Assembly: GCA_042219045.1 (NCBI GenBank)
Contig: JBDGQO010000019.1
Coordinates: forward strand, 1-37,612
DNA: 37,612 nt
Direction: 5' to 3'
Source: Candidatus Bipolaricaulia bacterium
GTDB taxonomy: Bacteria; Bipolaricaulota; Bipolaricaulia; RBG-16-55-9
Part shown: positions 24,189 to 32,528 of the stretch, one piece after another
Position numbering within the stretch: position 1 is the first letter of the stretch
How the letters are laid out: each line of letters starts with the position of its first letter
Program-made: the position numbers and the translations under genes
Notes under the pieces: model-generated
The model's database searches: none
The model's input: the letters and a program-made list of their open reading frames with translations, nothing else
Told to the model about the DNA's origin: nothing

Positions 24189-26450
24189 ATGACAACGGAT
24201 TCGCAACGCCAGGCCTCGCCCGTGGCCTCGTTCGTGGAGGAGCTTCGAACGACCCATGCGTCGTCGGTCGCCCACGTCGAGCGATTGCCGGGCCGTCAAG
24301 CCCAGTTCGGCCACCTGGACCCACCGCTGCCGGACCCGTTGGCCTCGTTCCTCGACGAGCGCGGCCTGCGGCTCTACACCCATCAGGCCGACACGATCGA
24401 GCGGGTCCGCGAGGGCCGCCACGCCATGGTGACGACCCCGACCGCTTCCGGAAAGACGCTCGGCTTCAACTTGGCCGTGCTGGAGGGGCTGATGGACAAT
24501 CCCCATGCGACGGCGCTGTATCTCTACCCGCTCAAGGCGTTGACGCAAGATCAGCAGGCCACGCTCGACGACATGGATGCATCGCTGGACGCCTCGTTGG
24601 CGCCGCGCATCTACGACGGCGACACGCCACAGGGCCAACGCGCCAGAATCCGCGATCACTCCCGCATCGTGCTGACGAACCCGCACGCGCTTCACCAATA
24701 CCTGCCCTGGCACCACAAATGGCGCCGGTTCTTCAAGAACCTCCGGTACGTCGTGATCGACGAGGCCCATGCCTATCGGGGCGTGTTCGGGGCCAACGTG
24801 GCGTTGCTCATCCGTCGACTGCGGCGCATCGCGGCCCGATTCGGGGCCGAGCCGCAGTTCATCCTCTCGTCGGCGACGATGGCCAATCCCCAGGAGCACG
24901 GGCGAAATTTATTGGGCGTTGACGACGTCGACGTGATCGCTGATAACGGCGCGCCGGCGGGCGAGAAGACGATGGTCTTCTGGAACACGCTCGGGCGTTC
25001 CGGGTATTCCGTCCACCGGCAGACGAGCGACCTCCTCGCCCAGTGCGTCGAATCGGGCTATCAGACGCTGTGTTTCACGGTTTCGCGCCGCATGGCCGAG
25101 CTCGTCGCCCGCTGGACCCAGGAGCGGACGGAGCTCGACGGCGCGATCGCGGCCTACCGAGCGGGCTACACCCCCGAGGAACGCCGATCGATTGAGGACG
25201 CCCTCAAGAATGGCGGGCTGCGCGGCGTGGCTTCCACCAACGCGCTGGAGCTCGGCATCGACATCGGCAGCCTCGACGCGGTCCTGATCGCCGGGTTCCC
25301 GGGCACGATCCTGTCGACGTGGCAGATGGCGGGCCGCGCCGGACGGGGCACGCAAGCCTCGCTCGTGGCGCTGCTCGGCTTTGAGAACCCGCTCGATCAG
25401 TACTACATGAGACACCCGGACGTCTTCTTCGCCAAGCCGCACGAGCACGCCATCGTCGACCCGCAGAATCCCCATGTGCTGTTGGGCCACGTCATGTGTG
25501 CGGCGGCCGAGCTGCCGCTGTCGACCGAGCGGGATCCCGCGTTCTTCGGTCAGGGATTCCACGGCGCCATGAAGGCGTTGGAGCGCCAGAAGCTCGTGCA
25601 GAAGACGCCGCTCGGCCGCGTCTATCGCGGCACGTCGCGGCCCGTCGAGTCCGTCGCGCTGGAACACCTCAGCGAACGCGCGGTCCACGTCATCGCCGAC
25701 GGCGAGCTGTTGGAGACGCTGGAGCTGCGCCGGGCATGCGAGGAAGCCCATCCGGGGGCGGTCTTTCTCCACCGTGGCGACACTTACGTCGTCGAATCGC
25801 TGGACTTGGACGCCGGCATCGCCCACGCCTCGCGGCAGGATGTCGACTACTACACCGACACGCTGCGACAGACGGACCTGGCGGTCCGCCGCGAGCTCGA
25901 CCGCTGGACGCACGACTGGGGGACGCTGCACGTCGGCGAGGTCCAAGCCAGCGAGCAGGTGGTCGGCTACCGAACGCGGCAATACGACCGAACGCTCGGC
26001 CTGCACGGCCTCGATTTGCCCGAGCAGACGTTCGAGACGGTGGCGCTGTGGTTCACGCTTCCTGACGGATTGCGCCAACAGGTGGAAGCTGAGGGCCACG
26101 ACTGGACGGGTGGGCTGCATGCCGCCGAGCATGCGCTCATCGCCATGACCCCCGTCTACGCCATGTGCGATCGCTGGGACATCGGCGGGCTGTCAACCCC
26201 TCTGCATCCCGACACGGGCGCGAGCACCGTGTTCGTCCACGACGGCCATCCGGGCGGGGTCGGCATCTCCGAGAAGACGGCCGATCTGTTCCGCGAGCTG
26301 GCGCAGACGACCTACGATCTCGTGCGAGACTGTGGCTGCGACGAGGGCTGTCCCTCGTGCATCTACTCGCCCAAGTGCGGCAACAATAACGAAACACTCG
26401 ACAAAGCGGCCGCGCTCCTCGTGCTGCGGGCGCTCGCCAAGCAGGCCTGA
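24189..26450 (+). CDS. DEAH-box helicase with DUF1998 zinc domain (YprA/MrfA/Hrq1 family)
   Basis: LYTHQ, TPTASGKT, YPLKAL, DEAHAYRGVFG, SSAT, TNALELGIDIG, QMAGRAGR, LHAAEHAL, CGCDEGCPSC. Confidence 0.95.
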   Translation: MTTDSQRQASPVASFVEELRTTHASSVAHVERLPGRQAQFGHLDPPLPDPLASFLDERGLRLYTHQADTIERVREGRHAMVTTPTASGKTLGFNLAVLEGLMDNPHATALYLYPLKALTQDQQATLDDMDASLDASLAPRIYDGDTPQGQRARIRDHSRIVLTNPHALHQYLPWHHKWRRFFKNLRYVVIDEAHAYRGVFGANVALLIRRLRRIAARFGAEPQFILSSATMANPQEHGRNLLGVDDVDVIADNGAPAGEKTMVFWNTLGRSGYSVHRQTSDLLAQCVESGYQTLCFTVSRRMAELVARWTQERTELDGAIAAYRAGYTPEERRSIEDALKNGGLRGVASTNALELGIDIGSLDAVLIAGFPGTILSTWQMAGRAGRGTQASLVALLGFENPLDQYYMRHPDVFFAKPHEHAIVDPQNPHVLLGHVMCAAAELPLSTERDPAFFGQGFHGAMKALERQKLVQKTPLGRVYRGTSRPVESVALEHLSERAVHVIADGELLETLELRRACEEAHPGAVFLHRGDTYVVESLDLDAGIAHASRQDVDYYTDTLRQTDLAVRRELDRWTHDWGTLHVGEVQASEQVVGYRTRQYDRTLGLHGLDLPEQTFETVALWFTLPDGLRQQVEAEGHDWTGGLHAAEHALIAMTPVYAMCDRWDIGGLSTPLHPDTGASTVFVHDGHPGGVGISEKTADLFRELAQTTYDLVRDCGCDEGCPSCIYSPKCGNNNETLDKAAALLVLRALAKQA

Positions 26451-27482
26451 TCAGGGCAGCTGGGCGATCTTGTCCGTCCGAGTCTCGCCAGTGTGGCAGT
26501 CTCGGACGACCGTGAGGTACGTCCCCTGAGGCTCGCCATCAAGCAACCGCTCGGCCCGGTCCATGGCCGCTGCGGACGAACAAGCGCTCTGACCGACGCG
26601 ATCCCCGCTCAAGTTGAACACCGTCACGGACGTCACGTTGAAGCGCGACCCATCGTCGATGGCCGCGCTCTCGAGCTTCCGTCCGGAGGTCCAGGCGTCG
26701 ATAAGCTCGAAGAACAGATCGTCGCTGACCTCGCCGACGAGCCATTGGTCCATGGCGGTGGATAACTCGGCATCGTCGATGTAGCCGTTGTCGTTGGCGT
26801 CGAACCGACGCAACGAGCCCGACGAGGGCGGATTCAACGCGTCGTCGGAGGACGCGCCGTAAATGGATCGCAGCGCCTGCAGATCGGCGGAAGTAGGGCG
26901 CAACGGCTCGGCGGAGCACAGTGCCAGCATCACCGACCAGCCGCAGGCCTCGGGCCATTTGCGATAGGCATCGCCCAAGCCGAGCGCGTGGCCGAACTCG
27001 TGGACGAGCGCGTTGACGAGGATCCGTTTCGGCGACGCCTCTAATTGGCCTGCGACGTACTTGATATTGTCGGCTTTGAGTAGGATGTCCTCCTCTATCA
27101 AGCGGGATCCCTGAGTCGCCGCCACGTAGAGCCCGAAGCGCTCCGCGGGCATGGGCCGACCCGTCCAGTAGAGCTCATTGATGCCGTTGTTGGTCGCCGG
27201 CTCAAGACGGCAATTCCCTTGGACGACGTTGATCCGAACTCGCGGAAACGCCTCGTTCCAGACCGAGGCGGCCGAATGCGACGCTTGTTGGATTTGGCCC
27301 GGTTCGAAGCCGCCGAACGCGCCCCGCCCTCGGCACGCTTTGACGGCGAAGGTGACCTCGCTGCGGCCCTCATACATCGACGGGTTCTGGGCAAGCGGAA
27401 CGGAGAAGCCGCTCGGCTGGGCCGACGCGATCGGTCCGGCAACGACAAGGATCATGACGGCGATGATACTGGCTCTGCGCAT
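26451..27482 (-). CDS. secreted metzincin (matrixin-like) metalloprotease with EF-hand-like and C-terminal beta domain
   Basis: Signal peptide MRRASIIAVMILVVAGPIASA, HEFGHALGLGD zinc motif, SVM Met-turn, DANDNGYIDDAE loop. SD GGAGGGAG. Confidence 0.82.
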   Translation of the reverse strand: MRRASIIAVMILVVAGPIASAQPSGFSVPLAQNPSMYEGRSEVTFAVKACRGRGAFGGFEPGQIQQASHSAASVWNEAFPRVRINVVQGNCRLEPATNNGINELYWTGRPMPAERFGLYVAATQGSRLIEEDILLKADNIKYVAGQLEASPKRILVNALVHEFGHALGLGDAYRKWPEACGWSVMLALCSAEPLRPTSADLQALRSIYGASSDDALNPPSSGSLRRFDANDNGYIDDAELSTAMDQWLVGEVSDDLFFELIDAWTSGRKLESAAIDDGSRFNVTSVTVFNLSGDRVGQSACSSAAAMDRAERLLDGEPQGTYLTVVRDCHTGETRTDKIAQLP

Positions 27483-27621
27483 GCTCTCCCTCCACGCTCT
27501 TGGACTGCTTGAAGCGTAGGTCGAGCGGGGCGAGCCAACGACCCCGAAGCTCCACCCGTGGGCAGCCATGCGCACCGTCAGGAGTGGTCATCTGTGCCCG
27601 AATGGCTCGTCATGCGTTCGC

Positions 27622-27650
27622 TTGAAGCGCCAATGGGTGTTGGCTATAAT
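27622..27650 (+). promoter_or_regulatory. tRNA promoter
   Basis: TTGAAG-17 bp-TATAAT with TG extension, 12 bp before the tRNA. Confidence 0.75.
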
Positions 27651-27662
27651 CTCTTCGAGCTT

Positions 27663-27738
27663 GCTCCCATCGTCTAGCGGCCTAGGACGTAGCCCTCTCA
27701 AGGCTAAGACAGGGGTTCAAATCCCCTTGGGAGCGCCA
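27663..27738 (+). tRNA. tRNA-Glu (anticodon CTC)
   Basis: Acceptor GCTCCCA/TGGGAGC, anticodon arm TAGCC-CTCTCAA-GGCTA, T arm AGGGG-TTCAAAT-CCCCT, encoded CCA. Confidence 0.97.
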
Positions 27739-27942
27739 CCCCACATCCGCTCAATTTCTCTCAACGAGCCCCCGACATGGCCGATCGCGCAGGCCATGCC
27801 ACCCGGTGAGCGGGTCTCCCCACGGTGGCCTACAGCTCGGAACACCGCTTGATTCAGCTCAGATCCCAAACTGAGACGCGTCATCGAATGAAGACAATAG
27901 ACTCCTATAATGGAGAGTGGGAACCGAGGAAAGGAGCCGCGA

Positions 27943-28380
27943 ATGACGGGACGAACGCGACGTTGGCTGCCCATTGCCGTTGTGGCGCTGGTTGCGCTCG
28001 GGGTCGCGTTGCTGCTCGGCATTGGACGGGCAATGGATCAAAACCCCTGTGACCACGACTGCCCGCTGACCATCGTCAATGCCACGCTGAGCGTTGAAGC
28101 TCCCGACGACGCAAGCCGAGCCGCGGGTCGAGCCTTGCTGGACGGAGTCATCGTCCCTCCGCATGACTGTGCTTCCGCCACGATCGCAATCGACGTCTAT
28201 GGCGCCGACGCGTCAAGCCAAGCCGACCGCGAGTGGATCGGGCATGGATCTGCCACGACGCAGAACCTCGACGCTGGCAAGGATTGGCCTTTCGAGATCG
28301 TCATATCAGGCATCGACCCCCGTGACCACCAAGCGTACTCCTACGATCTCAGCGAACTGAGCTGTCGGCGGGCGGACTGA
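27943..28380 (+). CDS. membrane-anchored hypothetical protein, possibly FxLYD-like Ig fold
   Basis: SD AAGGAG, basic N-terminus plus one TM helix, extracellular domain with four Cys and IDVYG...NLDAGKDWPFEI. Confidence 0.65.
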   Translation: MTGRTRRWLPIAVVALVALGVALLLGIGRAMDQNPCDHDCPLTIVNATLSVEAPDDASRAAGRALLDGVIVPPHDCASATIAIDVYGADASSQADREWIGHGSATTQNLDAGKDWPFEIVISGIDPRDHQAYSYDLSELSCRRAD

Positions 28381-28404
28381 TAGCTCCTCGACATCTTCGG
28401 CTCG

Positions 28405-29030
28405 GTGCGTTCAGCCTTCGATCTTGAACCGGCGTTGGGAGCGCCCGGCTATCGCATCGCTCACGTCTACGGGACGCCCAATGCCGACACGGCAACTGGT
28501 CGTCTAATGTCCGTCTGCACGCTCTTCCCCTCCCGAAGCCGGAACGGCAAGACACGGGGCGGCGTCGCGCTGCTCATGCTCGAACGTCAGCCATCCCACG
28601 AACGCGCGGCCGACCCACAGAACTTGGTGCTGCACGTCCACTACAAGGTCCGCGAGGGCCGTCAAGAACAGGTCGAAACCGCCATCACGCTGCCGGACCG
28701 TGAGCCGAACTTCTACGCCAACTCGGGCCTCCGGAAGGCGAGCCTCCTCGCGCGATATGGGGATCTGCTGCAGAACTGGCTGAGCGACGAGCATGGGCGG
28801 CACGGAGCGAGTGAGCCCATTGCGCCGTCGCTAAACTGGATTATAGGCATCCGCCCACCGGAGTTGCAACCATCGCTGGGCCGTTGGGAACGCCAATCGA
28901 CCCCCTGAGCATCTCTGCTACCTATCGCGAGCTATTGAGCACGCTGCGGGACCACGTGCAGCAGGAAATCGCCAGCCTCAAGACGACACGCTGCAGCAAG
29001 AGCTGGAGCTGCTCGCTGAGCTCACGTCCG
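28405..29030 (+). pseudogene. 5'-truncated, frameshifted gene remnant resembling the C-terminus of VWA-domain proteins
   Basis: No SD or good start. The reading GYRIAHVYGTP...TLFPS...RGGV...LRKASLLARYGDLLQNW...LGRWERQSTP continues in another frame (LSISATYRELL...QEIASL) and then a third (DDTLQQELELL). The family call is from memory of such proteins, not a search. Confidence 0.5.
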
Positions 29031-29250
29031 TCGAATCGATTTCGCAATCGAGACGCCACGGATTCGCTAAGTTCTTGAGGAGCGCATCAGTGCTATCTGT
29101 GCCCGACTTTGGCTCGGACATGCCGCTGTTTGACCCTTATCCGTCGGTCCTGCCTGCCATCGCGACAGAAAGCCCTATGCGAAACTGCGTCGGTTGAATT
29201 AGGAATTGGCTTGGCCTAAGGTGCACGAAAAATTCATTAGTCAGGTTGTC

Positions 29251-31500
29251 ATGGGGCTCCGCGTAAAACTGCTTGGCCAATTTCAGGTCTATCGGGATGG
29301 AAACCCCATCCCGCAGAGGGAATGGCGCACAGAGAAGAACAAAGACGTGCTCAAGATCCTGGCCCTCTATCCGGATCAGACGCTGCCCCGAGACTGGATT
29401 ATGGAGTCGCTCTGGCCGGAGCAGGACCCCGAGCGGAGCGTGCGCAACCTCCGCGGCCGGATCAGCGAGACACGGCGCATCCTGGAGCCCCATCTCGGCC
29501 TAGGGTCGAAGTCAGCCTACATCAAGACGGTCTCCGACGGTTACGCGCTGGCCACCGATGACTGCCGCATCGACACACAGGCCTTCAGAAGGGCCTATGA
29601 CCACGCCATCACCCAAGCCGAACTGGACGCCCCAACCGCCATCGACAGCTTCAAACGAGCGATTGAGGTCTATATCGGCGATCTCCTGCCCGCGGATCGG
29701 CACAAGGAGTGGACCTTTGGGTCCCGAGCGGAACTCCGGCGGCTCTATATGGACGCGCTCCGCCAACTGACAGAGCTGCTTTATCTCGATGCGCAGTACG
29801 ATCAAGCCATCCGTTACGGGGAACAGACACTGCAAGCGGACCCTTACGACGAGCGCATTTACCGAACGTTGATGCGCGCGCACCACGAAATGAACAACGT
29901 CCATGCGGCCATGCAGCTCTACGAGCGCTGCCGACGGACGTTGGCGGATCGGGACATGGATCCCTCCGAGCAAACCCATCACCTCGCGGCCAGCCTACGC
30001 TCGAGTGCCCATCGCCATTACGAACAGGTCAGCATGGAGGCGGAACTCCGAAATCTCGAGGAACGGATGGCTCTAGAGCATTCCGCGGAAGCCCGTTGGG
30101 ACCTGATGGGCCAACAGCTTGACCTGCTGTACGGCTTGGGCCATCGAACCGAAGAGGCTCGCGTGCTCGAGGCCGCTGAGGACTTGGCTCGGCACCTAGC
30201 GGATCCGGGCAAGCTCGGGCGCGTCTTCATCAAGTGGGCCGAATATGACCGCGCTCTGGGCGATTGGGAAGCCTGCGATCGGCGGGCGCAGCAGGCGTAT
30301 CAGCAGTTCAAGGCCGCCGGCGATCCCGTGGGCCTTGCGGAGGTCCTCCTCGTGCTCGGCTGGGCCCGGCTGGAGCGACTTGACGATGCTGGCGGGCGCG
30401 AGCGCTGCGAGCAGGCGCTGAGCCAAATCCGCCTCATGGAGGGCTACCGCGTCGATCAGCTCCGCGTCCGGATCTGGCATTGCCTGGGCCGACTGGCAAC
30501 CCGAGACGAACCATTCGACGAAGCGCTTGGTTATTACGACCAAGCCCTGAGGCTATGTCAGTTCATCGAAGAAGACGCGCAACAGGCGCGATTGCACCTG
30601 GACATCGGGGACTTGCATTATTGTCGCGACCATGTCGCGCAGGCCCGTCTTCATTGGGATCAGGGCCGCCAGATTGCACAGCGTATCGGCAATCAAGCGA
30701 TTGAAGCCGAGTGCCTAACGAATCTGGCCGTGCTCAAGACAAGCCAGGCCGATCTCGCTGAGGCTTGGCGCATCCTCGACCGCGTGATCGACCTCCAAGA
30801 GCGGCTCCCGGAGAACGAGGGCCTGGCTAAGAGCTGGAGGAAGCTGGGCACAATCCACACCGCGCTCGGCCAAGCGAACGATGCGCTCGCCGCTTTTGAA
30901 CGATCGCGCACTTACAGCCGCAAAGCGGACAGTGATCTCGGGGTGGCCATCGCGGATATGGGGATTGCGAGCGCCCATATCTCACATGCCCGTTTGGACG
31001 AGGCCCAACAGCGTCTTCAGGCAGCCCTCGCAACCTTCCAGTCCCACGGCACCGCTTGGTACGAGATCCAAGCCCGCATCTATCTCGGCGAACTCGACCT
31101 GGCACGAGGCCGGCCCACCGACGCCAAGCGTCAATGGGACAATGCCCGACGCCTGGCGCAACGCTTGGGAAGTCACAAGCTCGGTGAGCACACACAGGCG
31201 GCCTTGGCCGAGGCGGAGCGGGAGCTCGGGCGGGACGGCGAGGCGTTGGCATGGGCACGGATCGTCGAAGCCGCGCTCCCCCAGACGCCGCCGGACCTCG
31301 ACGACGCGCGCGTGTGTTATCGGCTCTACCGGGTATTCCACGGCTCAGGCATGACCGACCGTGCGCGGCCCCATCTGCGCAAAGCCTACGAGCTCATCAG
31401 CGATCTGGCGCGACAGCTGCCGGACGCGTCCAATTGGGACGCCCTCAAGCGCGTTCCGCTCTATCGCGAGATCATGGCCGCCTACGAGAACACCACCTGA
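29251..31500 (+). CDS. SARP-family transcriptional regulator (wHTH + BTAD) with TPR repeats
   Basis: LRVKLLGQFQV, ESLWPE, NLRGRISETRRIL, YIGDLLP, DPYDERIYRTLM, followed by many TPR-like helices. Confidence 0.88.
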   Translation: MGLRVKLLGQFQVYRDGNPIPQREWRTEKNKDVLKILALYPDQTLPRDWIMESLWPEQDPERSVRNLRGRISETRRILEPHLGLGSKSAYIKTVSDGYALATDDCRIDTQAFRRAYDHAITQAELDAPTAIDSFKRAIEVYIGDLLPADRHKEWTFGSRAELRRLYMDALRQLTELLYLDAQYDQAIRYGEQTLQADPYDERIYRTLMRAHHEMNNVHAAMQLYERCRRTLADRDMDPSEQTHHLAASLRSSAHRHYEQVSMEAELRNLEERMALEHSAEARWDLMGQQLDLLYGLGHRTEEARVLEAAEDLARHLADPGKLGRVFIKWAEYDRALGDWEACDRRAQQAYQQFKAAGDPVGLAEVLLVLGWARLERLDDAGGRERCEQALSQIRLMEGYRVDQLRVRIWHCLGRLATRDEPFDEALGYYDQALRLCQFIEEDAQQARLHLDIGDLHYCRDHVAQARLHWDQGRQIAQRIGNQAIEAECLTNLAVLKTSQADLAEAWRILDRVIDLQERLPENEGLAKSWRKLGTIHTALGQANDALAAFERSRTYSRKADSDLGVAIADMGIASAHISHARLDEAQQRLQAALATFQSHGTAWYEIQARIYLGELDLARGRPTDAKRQWDNARRLAQRLGSHKLGEHTQAALAEAERELGRDGEALAWARIVEAALPQTPPDLDDARVCYRLYRVFHGSGMTDRARPHLRKAYELISDLARQLPDASNWDALKRVPLYREIMAAYENTT

Positions 31501-31552
31501 TCTCCCCAATCTCCGACTAAATGGCAACAACGGGAACAGAGCGCAGCCCCGG

Positions 31553-32470
31553 CTAGCTGAACAGCGCCTCCACGAACGCGTCGGCGTCGAAGGGCTGCAA
31601 GTCCTCGGGCGTCTCGCCCACGCCAATCAGCTTGATCGGGATGTTGAGCTCCTGAGCAATGGGCACGATTGCGCCGCCTTTGGCGGTGCCGTCCAGCTTG
31701 GTGATCGCCAGCCCCGTCAGGTTGACGGCCTCGTTGAACTCGCGTGCCTGCTGGAGAGCGTTCTGGCCGACCGTGCCGTCGAGGACGAGCAGTTTCTCGT
31801 CGATCGGGCGGTTGAGCCGTTTCTCCACCACCCGGTGAATCTTTTTCAACTCTTCCATGAGGTTCTTCTTCGTCTGCAGCCGCCCCGCCGTGTCGATCAG
31901 CAGCGCGTCCGACCCGTTCCGCTCGACGTAGTCGGCGGCGTCGTAGGCGACCGCGCCGGGGTCGCTGCCGGCGTCGTGCTTGATCAGTCGCGCGCCAACG
32001 CGCTCGGACCAGACCTCCAGTTGCTCGATGGCCGCGGCACGGAACGTATCGGCCGCAGCCAAGACGACGTCGTTTCGCCCCTCAGATTGGAAACGTTGGG
32101 CCATCTTGGCAATGCTTGTGGTCTTGCCGGATCCATTGACGCCAAGAACGGAAATGACCGTCGGTTGGTCGTCGTCCCGTCTGGCCAGCGGGGCCTCGTA
32201 CGCGCTCAACAGATCCACCAATTCGGCCTTGAGCATGCCGTAGACCGCGTCGGTGTCCTCGGCGCCCTGTTCCTTGACGCGAGCCTTCAGGCCGTCGATG
32301 ACGCTCATGGCCGCATCGACGCCGAGATCGGCCTCGATCAGAATGGCCTCGAGATCCTCCAGCATCTCGTCGTCGACACGGCGCTTGCCGCCGATGACGG
32401 AGCTGACTTGATCGGTCAGCGCCTCGTGCGTCTTCTTCAGTCCCTGCTTGAGACGGTCAAACCAGGCCAT
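31553..32470 (-). CDS. ftsY: signal recognition particle receptor FtsY
   Basis: GVNGSGKTTSIAK, DTFRAAA, DTAGRLQ, TKLDGTAKGG, IGVGE. Confidence 0.98.
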   Translation of the reverse strand: MAWFDRLKQGLKKTHEALTDQVSSVIGGKRRVDDEMLEDLEAILIEADLGVDAAMSVIDGLKARVKEQGAEDTDAVYGMLKAELVDLLSAYEAPLARRDDDQPTVISVLGVNGSGKTTSIAKMAQRFQSEGRNDVVLAAADTFRAAAIEQLEVWSERVGARLIKHDAGSDPGAVAYDAADYVERNGSDALLIDTAGRLQTKKNLMEELKKIHRVVEKRLNRPIDEKLLVLDGTVGQNALQQAREFNEAVNLTGLAITKLDGTAKGGAIVPIAQELNIPIKLIGVGETPEDLQPFDADAFVEALFS

Positions 32471-32528
32471 GGATGCGAGCCTCCAATTGCGATTCCAGGG
32501 TTGCGGGGTCCGGACGGTGGAGCGATCG

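Noticed and set aside
24189..26450. DUF1998 helicase as part of a DISARM/Druantia-type defence system
   Set aside because: No methylase, phospholipase D or other defence genes nearby; pairing with a YprB-like nuclease fits MrfAB-type repair.
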